Source: Phycisphaerales bacterium (GTDB taxonomy: Bacteria > Planctomycetota > Phycisphaerae > WQYP01). From it: a stretch of DNA of 52,441 bases. The stretch lies in NCBI GenBank assembly GCA_027451365.1, contig DAIDJN010000081.1, positions 1 through 52,441 on the forward strand. The letters run 5' to 3'. Below, one piece after another: positions 27,749 through 37,471 of this stretch (its first letter is position 1; every line of letters begins with the position of its first letter). The notes below the pieces were generated by a model. That model was not told the origin of the DNA and searched no databases. It saw only the letters and a list, made by a program, of their open reading frames with translations. Position numbers and translations under genes: made by a program.

Positions 27749-29686
27749 ATGAATACAACCGTCGATCCTTTGCCACGCGGCCTTGATGCGCTTTGGCTTA
27801 AGGCAATCGGAGCCTGCCACCGATTGCGGCCCGGCCACCGGCATTACCTTGCACTCGCCGACCGGGTCATCAATAGGGATAAAAGCTGGCCGGCATTAAC
27901 CGATATCCAACTCAAACGAAAACTGATCCGTATCAGCCTCCCATTTCAACTGGGGCGCGATTCGCTTCCGCATCGGTTGCTCGCCGTGGCGGCTATTCGT
28001 GAAGCCATTCGTCGCAAAACAGGCATGCATCTTTTCCGCGTGCAAATCGCCGGCGCGCTGGCCTTGTTCGAGGGGCATTTTGTGGAAATGGCCACCGGGG
28101 AGGGTAAATCCATCACTGCCGTCGTGCCGGCGATCATGCACGGATGGCGACGGCGCGGCTGCCACGTGATTACCGTCAACGATTATCTGGCGCGCCGTGA
28201 CGCCGAGGACTTTGCCCATATTTACGCCTTCGCCGGACTTTCCGCAAAATTCATTGAACAGGAATTATCCAGCGCCGGACGACGGGCGGCCTATGCCGCC
28301 GATGTCACCTACGCGACCAATAAGGAAATTTGTGCAGATTTTTTGCGCGACGGAATTGTGCGCGAACAGGCCGCCGCCATGGCCGGCCCGGGAGCCGCAG
28401 CCCATCATCCTGACTGCGTGCAGCGCGGATTATTTGCGGCCGTCGTGGATGAAGCGGATTCTGTTTTAATCGATGAAGCCGTCACGCCCCTTATCATATC
28501 CGGTGATGCGGCCAATCCTGAACAGACCCAGACGTGGCGAGCGGCAGTGGATATCGCCCGCCCGCTGGAAGCAGGGCGAGATTATCGCCTGGATCCGCGC
28601 TTCAAATTGGCTGAGCTTACTTCCACCGGCCGTGCCCGGATTGGCCAGGCAGTCAGACAGTTGCCGGGAATTTGGCGATCTGAGCGTCGGCGCGAGGAAT
28701 TGATCTGCCAGACTCTGGCAGCTCGCCATTTCTATCTGCGCGATCGTCAGTATGTCGTGCGGGAAGACAAAATTGTCATTGTCGACGAATCGACTGGTCG
28801 CCTCATGCCTGACCGGCACTGGCGCGATGGCCTGCATCAGGCCGTGGAGGCTCGCGAACAACTTGCCATTCAGCCCATGAAGGAAACTCTCGCCCGCATC
28901 AGTTTCCAACGGTTCTTCCGCACTTATCAGCGGCTTTCCGGCATGTCGGGCACTCTTGCCGAAGCCCGCGGTGAACTTTGGCATGTCCACCGGCATTCGG
29001 TTGTTCGGCTGCCGCCCAATCGTCCCTGTCGTCGTGAAAGTCACCCCTTGGAACTTTTCACCCGAGAATCAGTCAAATGGCGGCGTGTGGTTCGTGAAAT
29101 TTGCGAGGCGCACGCTTCCGGACGGCCCGTACTTGCGGGGACGCGCAGTGTTCACGCGAGCGAACTGCTGTCCGCACAACTTCGCCAGCGAGTACTTCCG
29201 CATCAGGTTCTTAATGCCCACCGCCACGCCGAAGAAGCACAGATCATCGCCGCCGCCGGAAAAGCGGAAGTGATCACGGTTGCGACAAATATGGCTGGCC
29301 GGGGAACTGATATACGCCCGGATACCGCATCGCTTAATGTCGGCGGATTGCTGGTAGTCGCAACTGAGTTTCATGAATCCGCGCGCGTCGACCGACAACT
29401 CGCGGGCCGCGCCGGCCGACAGGGTGACCCCGGCGGACATATCGCCTTTGCCAGCCTGGAAGACCAGTTATTTTTAATTCATGGCGGTTTTCCAGCCCGT
29501 CTTGCGAAACGCCTGTTTCCCGGCGAACGTCCGTTGCCGCGCATTCTGGCCCGCCTGTTGATCCGCCACGCCCAGAATAAGGCGCAGCGACTGGCCGCGG
29601 CTCAACGCAAGTCCGTTGCATTTGCCGACGAACAACTGGATGAATCACTGGCTTTTTCCGGACGACCAGTGCCGGAAGGCGCCTAA
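27749..29686 (+). CDS. Secondary, short SecA_DEAD-domain ATPase
   Basis: EMATGEGKS, HVITVNDYLARRD, DEADSVLIDEA.TPLIISG, ATNMAGRGTDI, QLAGRAGRQGD. Only 645 aa, lacking the C-terminal wing/IRA1 region of housekeeping SecA. Confidence 0.92.
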   Translation: MNTTVDPLPRGLDALWLKAIGACHRLRPGHRHYLALADRVINRDKSWPALTDIQLKRKLIRISLPFQLGRDSLPHRLLAVAAIREAIRRKTGMHLFRVQIAGALALFEGHFVEMATGEGKSITAVVPAIMHGWRRRGCHVITVNDYLARRDAEDFAHIYAFAGLSAKFIEQELSSAGRRAAYAADVTYATNKEICADFLRDGIVREQAAAMAGPGAAAHHPDCVQRGLFAAVVDEADSVLIDEAVTPLIISGDAANPEQTQTWRAAVDIARPLEAGRDYRLDPRFKLAELTSTGRARIGQAVRQLPGIWRSERRREELICQTLAARHFYLRDRQYVVREDKIVIVDESTGRLMPDRHWRDGLHQAVEAREQLAIQPMKETLARISFQRFFRTYQRLSGMSGTLAEARGELWHVHRHSVVRLPPNRPCRRESHPLELFTRESVKWRRVVREICEAHASGRPVLAGTRSVHASELLSAQLRQRVLPHQVLNAHRHAEEAQIIAAAGKAEVITVATNMAGRGTDIRPDTASLNVGGLLVVATEFHESARVDRQLAGRAGRQGDPGGHIAFASLEDQLFLIHGGFPARLAKRLFPGERPLPRILARLLIRHAQNKAQRLAAAQRKSVAFADEQLDESLAFSGRPVPEGA

Positions 29687-29762
29687 AATAAACGCGGCGC
29701 TATGCCGAGCGATTGTCCACATGCACCCCGCCAGACCATTTGATGATCGTTTTACCGCCGCC

Positions 29763-30470
29763 TTAAAATGTGGCCAGCAATGTAATGAAAATAAGCAGCC
29801 AGACCGCATCCAGGAAATGCCAGTAAATCGCGCAATAGCGGACGCCCGGGTGATAATTGCGTGAATATATCTGACGGCGAGCCTTGAAGGTGGTCACACT
29901 TAAGGGAATAATTCCACCAATCACATGCAGGGCGTGAAGTACGGTAAACACATAAAACACCACCAGCAGAACATGAGATTCTATTAACGGGCCTTCACCA
30001 CTGGGCAACCCGCCACTGGAAGATGCCTCCGGGCCATGGAACGCGCTAAGTGCGATCTGGTTGGCCCGCACCGTATGCAGCAGACCAAACCAGTTGAAGC
30101 CCTGAATGACCAGAAATGCCAATCCCAGCGCCAGCGTAAGCAACAGGGCCAGCCGCAGCGATTGTTGGCGATCATGATTCACCGCGCTGACGGCCCAGTG
30201 CATCGTCAGCGAGCTTACCAGCAGAATAATAGTGCTTAGCCAAAGTCCCGGCGGAAGATGGATGGAAACCGCAAATTGAAAATTGGACCGGAAAATAAAA
30301 AAGCCAATCAGACTCGACACAAACAATATGGAAAGCGCCGCGACCAGCAGTGAAATGCCCAGGGTGCCCGCTCCGGGTACAAACCCGTGCCGACGGAAAT
30401 CCAGTTCCGCCGACGCACTTGCCGGATCGGTTGGTACATTGGATGCTGGCTGATCTGACATTTGGTTCAT
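29763..30470 (-). CDS. Heme-copper oxidase subunit III family protein
   Basis: STIILLVSSLTMH, LH.LHV.GG, YWHFLDAVW. Confidence 0.9.
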   Translation of the reverse strand: MNQMSDQPASNVPTDPASASAELDFRRHGFVPGAGTLGISLLVAALSILFVSSLIGFFIFRSNFQFAVSIHLPPGLWLSTIILLVSSLTMHWAVSAVNHDRQQSLRLALLLTLALGLAFLVIQGFNWFGLLHTVRANQIALSAFHGPEASSSGGLPSGEGPLIESHVLLVVFYVFTVLHALHVIGGIIPLSVTTFKARRQIYSRNYHPGVRYCAIYWHFLDAVWLLIFITLLATF

Positions 30471-30771
30471 CCCGATTCAACGCAATACGATGTCTCGCGA
30501 CAAGGGCGTTTCAACCCGGTCGCGGATTATTGCAAGTCATGGAATTATAGCGTGCAAACGGTAAACGGGGCGGGAAACCGGACTGCTGAACAAGCCAAGC
30601 GCAGAACGGACGATCAACCGGCCGGGCATTCCAAATATTGAAATGACCAGCGACACATGATCCACGAAACGCAAGGTGCGGTGGGCTTCCGCCTGAGTCC
30701 CGGCGGAATTTGACAAATTGCATCCCCGCGATTGAGATGTTGCAGTAGATTTTTGGAGGTTATCACAATTT

Positions 30772-31452
30772 ATGAATAAAAAACTTGCGGCGGAATTTCT
30801 GGGAACTTTCTGGCTGGTCTTCGGCGGGTGCGGCAGCGCGCTGATTTCGGCCGCGTATCCGCACCTTGGAATTGGCTTTGCGGGTGTGGCACTGGCGTTT
30901 GGATTAACCGTATTGACCGGTATATATGCCTTTGGCTACATTTCCGGCGGCCATTTCAATCCTGCCGTGACACTGGGGGTCTGGGCGGGCGGGCGCATAA
31001 AAATTGGTGACGTGATTCCTTATATTGTCGCGCAGGTCATCGGAGCAATTGCCGCCGCGGGCATGCTGTATCTTGTTCTAAGCGGCAAGCCGGGCTTCGT
31101 GACAGGCGGTTTTGCTTCTAATGGTTACGGCAGCCTGAGCCCCGATCATTATTCAATGATTTCCGCCCTGGTGGGGGAAATTGTCTGCACATTTTTCTTT
31201 GTGGTGGTCATTCTGGGTGCGACGGCCAAACGCGCCCCGGCTGGTTTTGCGGGCGTAGCCATCGGTTTATGCCTGACGCTTATCCATCTGATCATGATTC
31301 CCGTGGACAACACCTCTGTGAATCCGGCCCGCAGCACCGGAACCGCGATTTTTGCGGGCCACGCGTTTCTTTCCCAGTTGTGGCTGTTCTGGCTGGCACC
31401 AATTGCCGGTGGAATAATCGCGGGTCTGGCTTCCCGGTGGCTGGATAAATAA
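30772..31452 (+). CDS. aqpZ: Aquaporin Z
   Basis: [36 protein letters not shown] (two NPA motifs). Confidence 0.97.
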   Translation: MNKKLAAEFLGTFWLVFGGCGSALISAAYPHLGIGFAGVALAFGLTVLTGIYAFGYISGGHFNPAVTLGVWAGGRIKIGDVIPYIVAQVIGAIAAAGMLYLVLSGKPGFVTGGFASNGYGSLSPDHYSMISALVGEIVCTFFFVVVILGATAKRAPAGFAGVAIGLCLTLIHLIMIPVDNTSVNPARSTGTAIFAGHAFLSQLWLFWLAPIAGGIIAGLASRWLDK

Positions 31453-31664
31453 AGAACGGTGACTCTATTGAGAACACCAAATATTCGTTAATCAAGACAG
31501 TACATTCTCCTTTCCGGCGCGCCCGAAATTTTTCCGAGCCGGACGGGAAAGCAGTCGCCGTCCGGTCACATGACTCGGAATCGCGGGCAATTTGACGAAT
31601 TAAAATCAAGTTCCTATCATTTCCCCTTCCTTGGAACTTGATTTGCTGTATTGGAGTTTATGCC

Positions 31665-32738
31665 ATGATTAAATGCCGTCTGCTGCGCCGTGCGCTTGTG
31701 CTGTCCGCTTTCCTGGCGGTGGGTCTGGGTCATGCTGTTGCGCACGCGGGAATGGTGTATCTGAAGAATGGGGACAAGCTTTCCGGCCATATTCTGGCCG
31801 TTACTTCCACCGATGTGGCCATTCAAACGGCTTACGCCGGAATGGTGAAAATAAAGCTTATCGACGTCCGCACCATGACGGCAAAGCGACCGGTTTATTT
31901 TGCCATCAAGGGTAGCCATCCTGCGATGGCAACCATTGCAGCCAACGCCAACGGTGTGGGCTGGCAAATGATACCCGCGCCCACGCCGGTTCCCGCAGTA
32001 TCGCCGTTGGCGGCAAAGCCGGTCAAAACCGCGCCAAAGCCGGTTTCCTGGTTTGGTCCGAATTGGGAAAATGAACTTGATCTTGGACTGGTGGAAACAA
32101 TGGGGAACACAAACAGCATCACATTCAACGGGGCGTTGAGCTTTCATTACCACCATAAGGCCGACGATGTAAAATTAAGTTTCCTGGGTGCCTATGGCAA
32201 AACAGACGGATCCCTGTCGCAGGCCTATTTTAATACGGATGAAATTTGGCGGCATCAACTTCTGGATTTCAAGCCGACGTGGGCAAAAAAGGCGTTCCTG
32301 TACGCGGAAAACAACAATCTCTACGATGGTGTACAGGGCATTTCCATACGGTCGCTCAATTCGGCCGGCTTGGGTTATTACATTCTGCAAAGCAAAAAAA
32401 TGGAACTCGATGTCCGCGGCGGCCCGGGTTATACATATGAAAAATTCTTTCATGGTGGAAGTTTAAGTTACATCAGCGGCACGGCGGGCCTGCATTTCAT
32501 GTATCGCATCAACCAGGCTGCGAAATTCACGCAGACCCTTACCTATTCGACATCTCTTGAAAATACATCGGATTATATTCTGACTTCGGACAGTTCTGTT
32601 GATCTGGCCCTTTCTCAGGTGGCGCGCGGTCTTGGATTAAAATTCTCTTATATCAACAACTATGACAACACCGCTGATGGCACGGGTGGAAAGCGGGACA
32701 ATCAGCTTCTGCTGGCATCCATGGCGTTCAAATTTTAA
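31665..32738 (+). CDS. DUF481/YdiY-like outer-membrane beta-barrel protein
   Basis: Signal peptide, LKNGDKLSG N-domain, alternating beta-strands, terminal aromatic F. Confidence 0.75.
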   Translation: MIKCRLLRRALVLSAFLAVGLGHAVAHAGMVYLKNGDKLSGHILAVTSTDVAIQTAYAGMVKIKLIDVRTMTAKRPVYFAIKGSHPAMATIAANANGVGWQMIPAPTPVPAVSPLAAKPVKTAPKPVSWFGPNWENELDLGLVETMGNTNSITFNGALSFHYHHKADDVKLSFLGAYGKTDGSLSQAYFNTDEIWRHQLLDFKPTWAKKAFLYAENNNLYDGVQGISIRSLNSAGLGYYILQSKKMELDVRGGPGYTYEKFFHGGSLSYISGTAGLHFMYRINQAAKFTQTLTYSTSLENTSDYILTSDSSVDLALSQVARGLGLKFSYINNYDNTADGTGGKRDNQLLLASMAFKF

Positions 32739-32765
32739 CGCCGGCCGCGGAGTCGGGTGGTCGTT

Positions 32766-33977
32766 TCAGCCGGCACTGCCGCAGAACGTTTTTATGCGAT
32801 CCAGGCCTTTTTCAATGTTTTCCATGCTGGTGGCGAAACTCAGCCGGACATGATCAGCGAAGCCAAAATCATTTCCGGGAACAAGTGCCACGTGCGCTTC
32901 ATCCAGCGCCAGGCGGGAAAAATCAATGGCATCCTTGGCGATAGCGCCGGTTTTTCCCAGCGGCCTGCCGAGTAATTTGGCAATGCTCGGGAAGGTATAA
33001 AATGCCCCGGTCGGTCGGGCGCAGGAAATACCGGGAATACTGTTCAGCAGTTGCCACATCCGCTGACCGCGCTTTTCAAAGGCGTCGCGCATGGTTTGAA
33101 TTTCTGTTTCCATGGCCGGATTCGTCAGCGCTTCAACAATCGCAGGCATGCAGAAGCTGGTAATATTGCTGGTCATCTGACCCTGCAGTTTATTCATCGC
33201 GTCGATCAGAATTTTTGGCCCGGCGGTATAACCGATGCGCCAGCCGGTCATGGCGTAGGTTTTGCTCAGACAGTTGCAGGTCACGGTGCGGTCTTTCCAG
33301 AGGCCAAAGTTCAGCGCCGCCCAGGAACAGGTCTGCTGGCCGGCATAAAGCAGGCGTTCATAAATTTCGTCGCTGCAGATCCAGATATCCGCGTGGGGCG
33401 CAATGACCTCCGCCAATGCGGCAAGTTCCGCCGGATGATACGTGTGACCACCAGGATTGGATGGTGAATTGATAATCACCATTTTGGTTTTTGGTGTGAT
33501 GGCGGCCGCGAGCTGCCGCGGCGTCATTTTAAAATCGTTCGCCGGGTCGCCACGAACAATAACCGGCACACCACCCGCCAGTTTTACCATCTCCGGATAG
33601 CTGACCCAATAAGGGGCGGGAAGAATGACTTCATCGCCGGGATTCAGGATGGCCATGAAAGACACATAAAGCGAATGCTTGCCGCCGACGGATACAATTA
33701 TTTCCTCCGGCTTGTATTCAAGCTTGTTAAAACGGGCCAGCTTTTCGCAAATCGCCTTGCGGGCTTCCGGCGTGCCAGTGGTCGGTTCGTATTTTGTTTT
33801 GCCGGCCAGAAGGGCTTTTATGGCGGCTTCCTTAATGGCCAGCGGTGTATCAAAATCGGGCTCGCCGGCACCGAAGCTGACCACATCAATTCCCTGCTTT
33901 TTCAGGGCATTGGCCCGGGCGGTAACGGCCAGAGTTATGGATTCCGCGATGGCATCAAGGCGATGGGCTAATTGCAT
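32766..33977 (-). CDS. PLP-dependent class I/II (aspartate-type) aminotransferase
   Basis: GAGEPDFDTP, NSPSNP, SDEIYE, SKTYAMTGWRIGY. Confidence 0.95.
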   Translation of the reverse strand: MQLAHRLDAIAESITLAVTARANALKKQGIDVVSFGAGEPDFDTPLAIKEAAIKALLAGKTKYEPTTGTPEARKAICEKLARFNKLEYKPEEIIVSVGGKHSLYVSFMAILNPGDEVILPAPYWVSYPEMVKLAGGVPVIVRGDPANDFKMTPRQLAAAITPKTKMVIINSPSNPGGHTYHPAELAALAEVIAPHADIWICSDEIYERLLYAGQQTCSWAALNFGLWKDRTVTCNCLSKTYAMTGWRIGYTAGPKILIDAMNKLQGQMTSNITSFCMPAIVEALTNPAMETEIQTMRDAFEKRGQRMWQLLNSIPGISCARPTGAFYTFPSIAKLLGRPLGKTGAIAKDAIDFSRLALDEAHVALVPGNDFGFADHVRLSFATSMENIEKGLDRIKTFCGSAG

Positions 33978-34068
33978 CAGTTGGCTCCGGGAAGAATATT
34001 GGAATACGGTCGAATGTTTATACGGCGGGGTCACACGCCAACGCCCTGCGCGGCTTGCTCAGCCCGGG

Positions 34069-35676
34069 TCAGGGCCGGGCCAGCGCTGCGGCGGCGGGCA
34101 CCGCAACCGGATGCGGCTGCGCGGCGGCCAGATCCGGGCGGGTGTTCGGTTTTTTGCCCGTGGCGACCGGGGCAACCGGATTAAGAACAAGATTACGCAC
34201 CGCTTCGGCTGATCCGTTGCTCTGGTTAAACAGAAACGCCGGGAAAATTCCAAGAACGATGGTCAGAACGGCCGCGATAAGCGCTCCGGCTTTAAGCGTG
34301 GCGGAATTCCGGACCGCAAATGGCGACCATGGCTCGCGAATGTACATGGCCCCGACAATGCGAAGGTAATATGCCGCCGCGATAGCGGCATTCACTACCA
34401 CCAGAATGGCCAGGACGGGATGACCGCTGGCCAGCGCGGACTGCACAATGAAAAGCTTGCCCAGAAATCCGATGGTACCCGGCATGCCAATCAGGCTGAA
34501 CAGGCAAATCGCCATGCACGCGGCCATGAATGGATGTTCTCCGGCAATTCCGGCAATATCGTCCAGGTCTTCAGCCGCGTCCGATTTTCCCTGCAGCCAG
34601 ATCAGCGCGGCAAACGCACCAACGGTCATAATGCTGTAACCACCCAGATAAAACAGCGTGGCGCTGATTCCGCTGGCCGGTGAATTGCCCGCGGCGAACG
34701 GCCCTACAGCCAGCCCCACCAGCATGTAACCGCTGTGCGAAATAGAGCTGTAAGCGAAAATGCGTTTGATATTCCGCTGCAAAAGTGCCAGCACGTTGCC
34801 GACAAACATGGTCAGGACCGCCAGCACCATAAGCAGGTCCGGTACGGCACGGGCCGCGCCACCGGAAAGCCGCCAGCCGGTTAAATTCAGCACCATAATC
34901 AGGGCGAAAAAGCCGGCCGCTTTGGGGGCAAACGAAAGGAACGCGGTAACCGGCGTGGCCGCTCCCTGATACACATCCGGCGCGTAATAATGCAGCGGAG
35001 CCGCGGCAATTTTATAAGCAATGCCAATGACCACCATAATCAGACCGATGATGGCCACATAGGGCAGGTGGCCCGCAAGCAGCGCCGACTGATATGCCGC
35101 GGCAATGGCCGCATAACTGGTGGAACCGGCAAAGCCGTAAAGATAACTGAAGCCAAACAGATAAATGGCCGCGGACAGTGCGCCAAGGAAAAAGTATTTG
35201 ATTCCAGCTTCCTGTGCCGGAGCATTGGACCGCCCCGTGGCGACCATGACATAGGTGGGAATGGAAACAAGCTCCAGAGCCAGAAACAGCCAGATCAGAT
35301 TCGTGGTTTTGGCAATCATGCTTACGCCGGCCAGAGACGTTAGCAACAGGGCGAAATATTCACCACGGTAATGCTTGTCCGGATTTCCCGGCTCAAATGC
35401 AAAGGGCATTCCCGCGGATGCAAGCACTGTCAGAATGCCGATGCCACAGGTTAAAAGCGTGTCGTACGTGGCCAGCGGCCAGAGTGTCCAGCCTGCAGTG
35501 GTGCCAATGCCGCCAATGCGAAGGGCCGCGATAAACGCCAAAATCAGGCTTGCCACGGCCACCCCGAGCGTGGCCCGGCGAACCGCGTCGCGGCGCGCCA
35601 GCCCCATCAGCATGACGACCAGCGCGCCACACACCAGAATAATTTCAGGACACAGACCATTGATATTTGTTGTCAC
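34069..35676 (-). CDS. nuoN: NADH-quinone oxidoreductase subunit N
   Basis: LELVS, EAGIKYFFLG, PDVYQGA.TP, AYSSISHSGY. Confidence 0.95.
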   Translation of the reverse strand: MTTNINGLCPEIILVCGALVVMLMGLARRDAVRRATLGVAVASLILAFIAALRIGGIGTTAGWTLWPLATYDTLLTCGIGILTVLASAGMPFAFEPGNPDKHYRGEYFALLLTSLAGVSMIAKTTNLIWLFLALELVSIPTYVMVATGRSNAPAQEAGIKYFFLGALSAAIYLFGFSYLYGFAGSTSYAAIAAAYQSALLAGHLPYVAIIGLIMVVIGIAYKIAAAPLHYYAPDVYQGAATPVTAFLSFAPKAAGFFALIMVLNLTGWRLSGGAARAVPDLLMVLAVLTMFVGNVLALLQRNIKRIFAYSSISHSGYMLVGLAVGPFAAGNSPASGISATLFYLGGYSIMTVGAFAALIWLQGKSDAAEDLDDIAGIAGEHPFMAACMAICLFSLIGMPGTIGFLGKLFIVQSALASGHPVLAILVVVNAAIAAAYYLRIVGAMYIREPWSPFAVRNSATLKAGALIAAVLTIVLGIFPAFLFNQSNGSAEAVRNLVLNPVAPVATGKKPNTRPDLAAAQPHPVAVPAAAALARP

Positions 35677-35702
35677 AACGTGAACCTCGGATTAATTCTA
35701 AT

Positions 35703-37400
35703 TCAGCGCAGCGGCGCAACAGATGCCAGACCCGCGGCGGCCTTGTTTAACGGCAAAATGCCGTGTGCCGCGGCAACACCGGACACGCCCGGAATTTTCG
35801 CCGATACCCGCGCCGCGATGGCGTGGGATTCCAGCTTGTGCATCGCAGCTTCCATCGACCGTGTTACCGGTGCCGGATAGATGCCCAGAAACAGCACCAC
35901 CACTGCCAGCGGTGTAAGCACGCACCATTCACGCAGCGAAAGGTCCCGCGGCGGATGGGGTTCGGCGAGGTGCGGCTCGTGCTGACTGTCCGGGTCCACA
36001 ACCGGTTCAACCAGCGGGCCAAAAATAACCTTGGCCACGAAATACAGCATGTACAAGGCACCGGCAATCATGCCGAAAACGGCCGGGACTGCATAGGCTG
36101 GTCCCAACGAACCGCCATGGCCGGCCGAACCGCTTACATACGTACCGACCAGCGAAAGAATTTCGCTTACAAAACCATTGAGTCCGGGAACGGCCGCCGT
36201 GGCCATGGCAAAAAATACGGCAAAAAAGCCCAGGGCCGGCAAGCGGCGGGCCAGCCCGGAAACGTCATGCAGGCTGCGCGTCTGGTATCGGCGGTAGATC
36301 ATGCCCATCACAAGCAAGAGAGCCGCGGCCAGAATACCGGAATTGATCATTACCAGAACACCGCCAATCAGGCCACTGGTCGTCAAGGCCAGGAACGCCA
36401 GTATACAGAGGCCCAAGTGGCTGACTATTGAATAGGCAACCAGCTTTTTCATATCACGCTGCACCCAGCTTACCAGGCCGCCGAAGATAATGGAAAATAC
36501 GCATAACCCGGCCAGCCAGGGCGTAAATTTAAGCGCCGCGACCGGCAACAGGGGTAACGCAAACCGCAAAATGCCGTACCCGCCGAGCTTAAAGCCGGCG
36601 ATCATGACGGAGGCCGGTGTGGAAGATTCACTGATGGCTGCGGGCATCCAGGTATGCAGCGGGAAAAGCGGAACTTTAATCAGAAATCCAATCAGCAATC
36701 CTGTTAAAACCAATCCCTGCTGCCATGCCGGAAGCGACGCCCCCGCCTGATACAATCCGGAAAGGGTGAAGGAATAGGAGTGGAATTTTTCAGCATGAAC
36801 CCAAGCCAGATAAACCAGTGACGCCAGCAGGAACACCGAACCCGTGAACGCGTAAAGGAAAAATTTGCCCGCCGCCCGTCGCCGTTCAGAATGCCCCCAG
36901 ATTCCGATCATAAAGAATGAGGGAATAAGGGTAAATTCAAAGAACAGATAAAACAGCAATACATCATGGGCCATGAAAACGCCCATGGTGGACGCAAACA
37001 GCAGAAGAATCCAGCCATAAAACTCGTTGTGCCGGGTCTGAATTGTATGGAAACTGTCCAGAATTGCAGCTGGCGTAATGAGCAGTGTCAGCATCAGCAG
37101 CCACAGACCGATGGCATCCACCCCCAGCGAAAAATGCACGCCAAATTGCGGTATCCAGTCAGCCTTGAAGGCAAATTGCCACACGCCGCCGGCCCCATAA
37201 TTAAACCGCGTCAGCAGGGTTACACCCACCAGGGCCGAAAGAATTGTAAAGCCCAGCGCCATCGGACCGGCGGCCTTGGCGGCGGCCTCCCTGGGTGTCG
37301 CAAACACAATAAGCGACCCAAATAAGGGTATCAGGAGCATGATGACCAGAGTCAGGTGATTCATAATTAGTTCAATCCAGTCTTTCTGGCCGAAATTCAT
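35703..37400 (-). CDS. nuoM: NADH-quinone oxidoreductase subunit M
   Basis: FYLFFEF.LIP, KVPLFPLHTW, KKLVAYS.VSHLG, GFVSE. Confidence 0.94.
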   Translation of the reverse strand: MNFGQKDWIELIMNHLTLVIMLLIPLFGSLIVFATPREAAAKAAGPMALGFTILSALVGVTLLTRFNYGAGGVWQFAFKADWIPQFGVHFSLGVDAIGLWLLMLTLLITPAAILDSFHTIQTRHNEFYGWILLLFASTMGVFMAHDVLLFYLFFEFTLIPSFFMIGIWGHSERRRAAGKFFLYAFTGSVFLLASLVYLAWVHAEKFHSYSFTLSGLYQAGASLPAWQQGLVLTGLLIGFLIKVPLFPLHTWMPAAISESSTPASVMIAGFKLGGYGILRFALPLLPVAALKFTPWLAGLCVFSIIFGGLVSWVQRDMKKLVAYSIVSHLGLCILAFLALTTSGLIGGVLVMINSGILAAALLLVMGMIYRRYQTRSLHDVSGLARRLPALGFFAVFFAMATAAVPGLNGFVSEILSLVGTYVSGSAGHGGSLGPAYAVPAVFGMIAGALYMLYFVAKVIFGPLVEPVVDPDSQHEPHLAEPHPPRDLSLREWCVLTPLAVVVLFLGIYPAPVTRSMEAAMHKLESHAIAARVSAKIPGVSGVAAAHGILPLNKAAAGLASVAPLR

Positions 37401-37471
37401 TTATATTTCGGCGCTATCAGGTCGCAGCAGGTCCAGCGTTCGGAACGCTGAACATCGTGCCGCCCGGGCGT

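Noticed and set aside
27749..29686. Calling this the housekeeping secA
   Set aside because: Too short, lacks the C-terminal domains, and sits in an accessory secretion cluster
9809..30725. Similar TTGACAAA(C)TTGCATC upstream of the pseudopilin gene (9809) and aqpZ (30710)
   Set aside because: Mostly explained by a shared -35 hexamer; too short to claim a regulon
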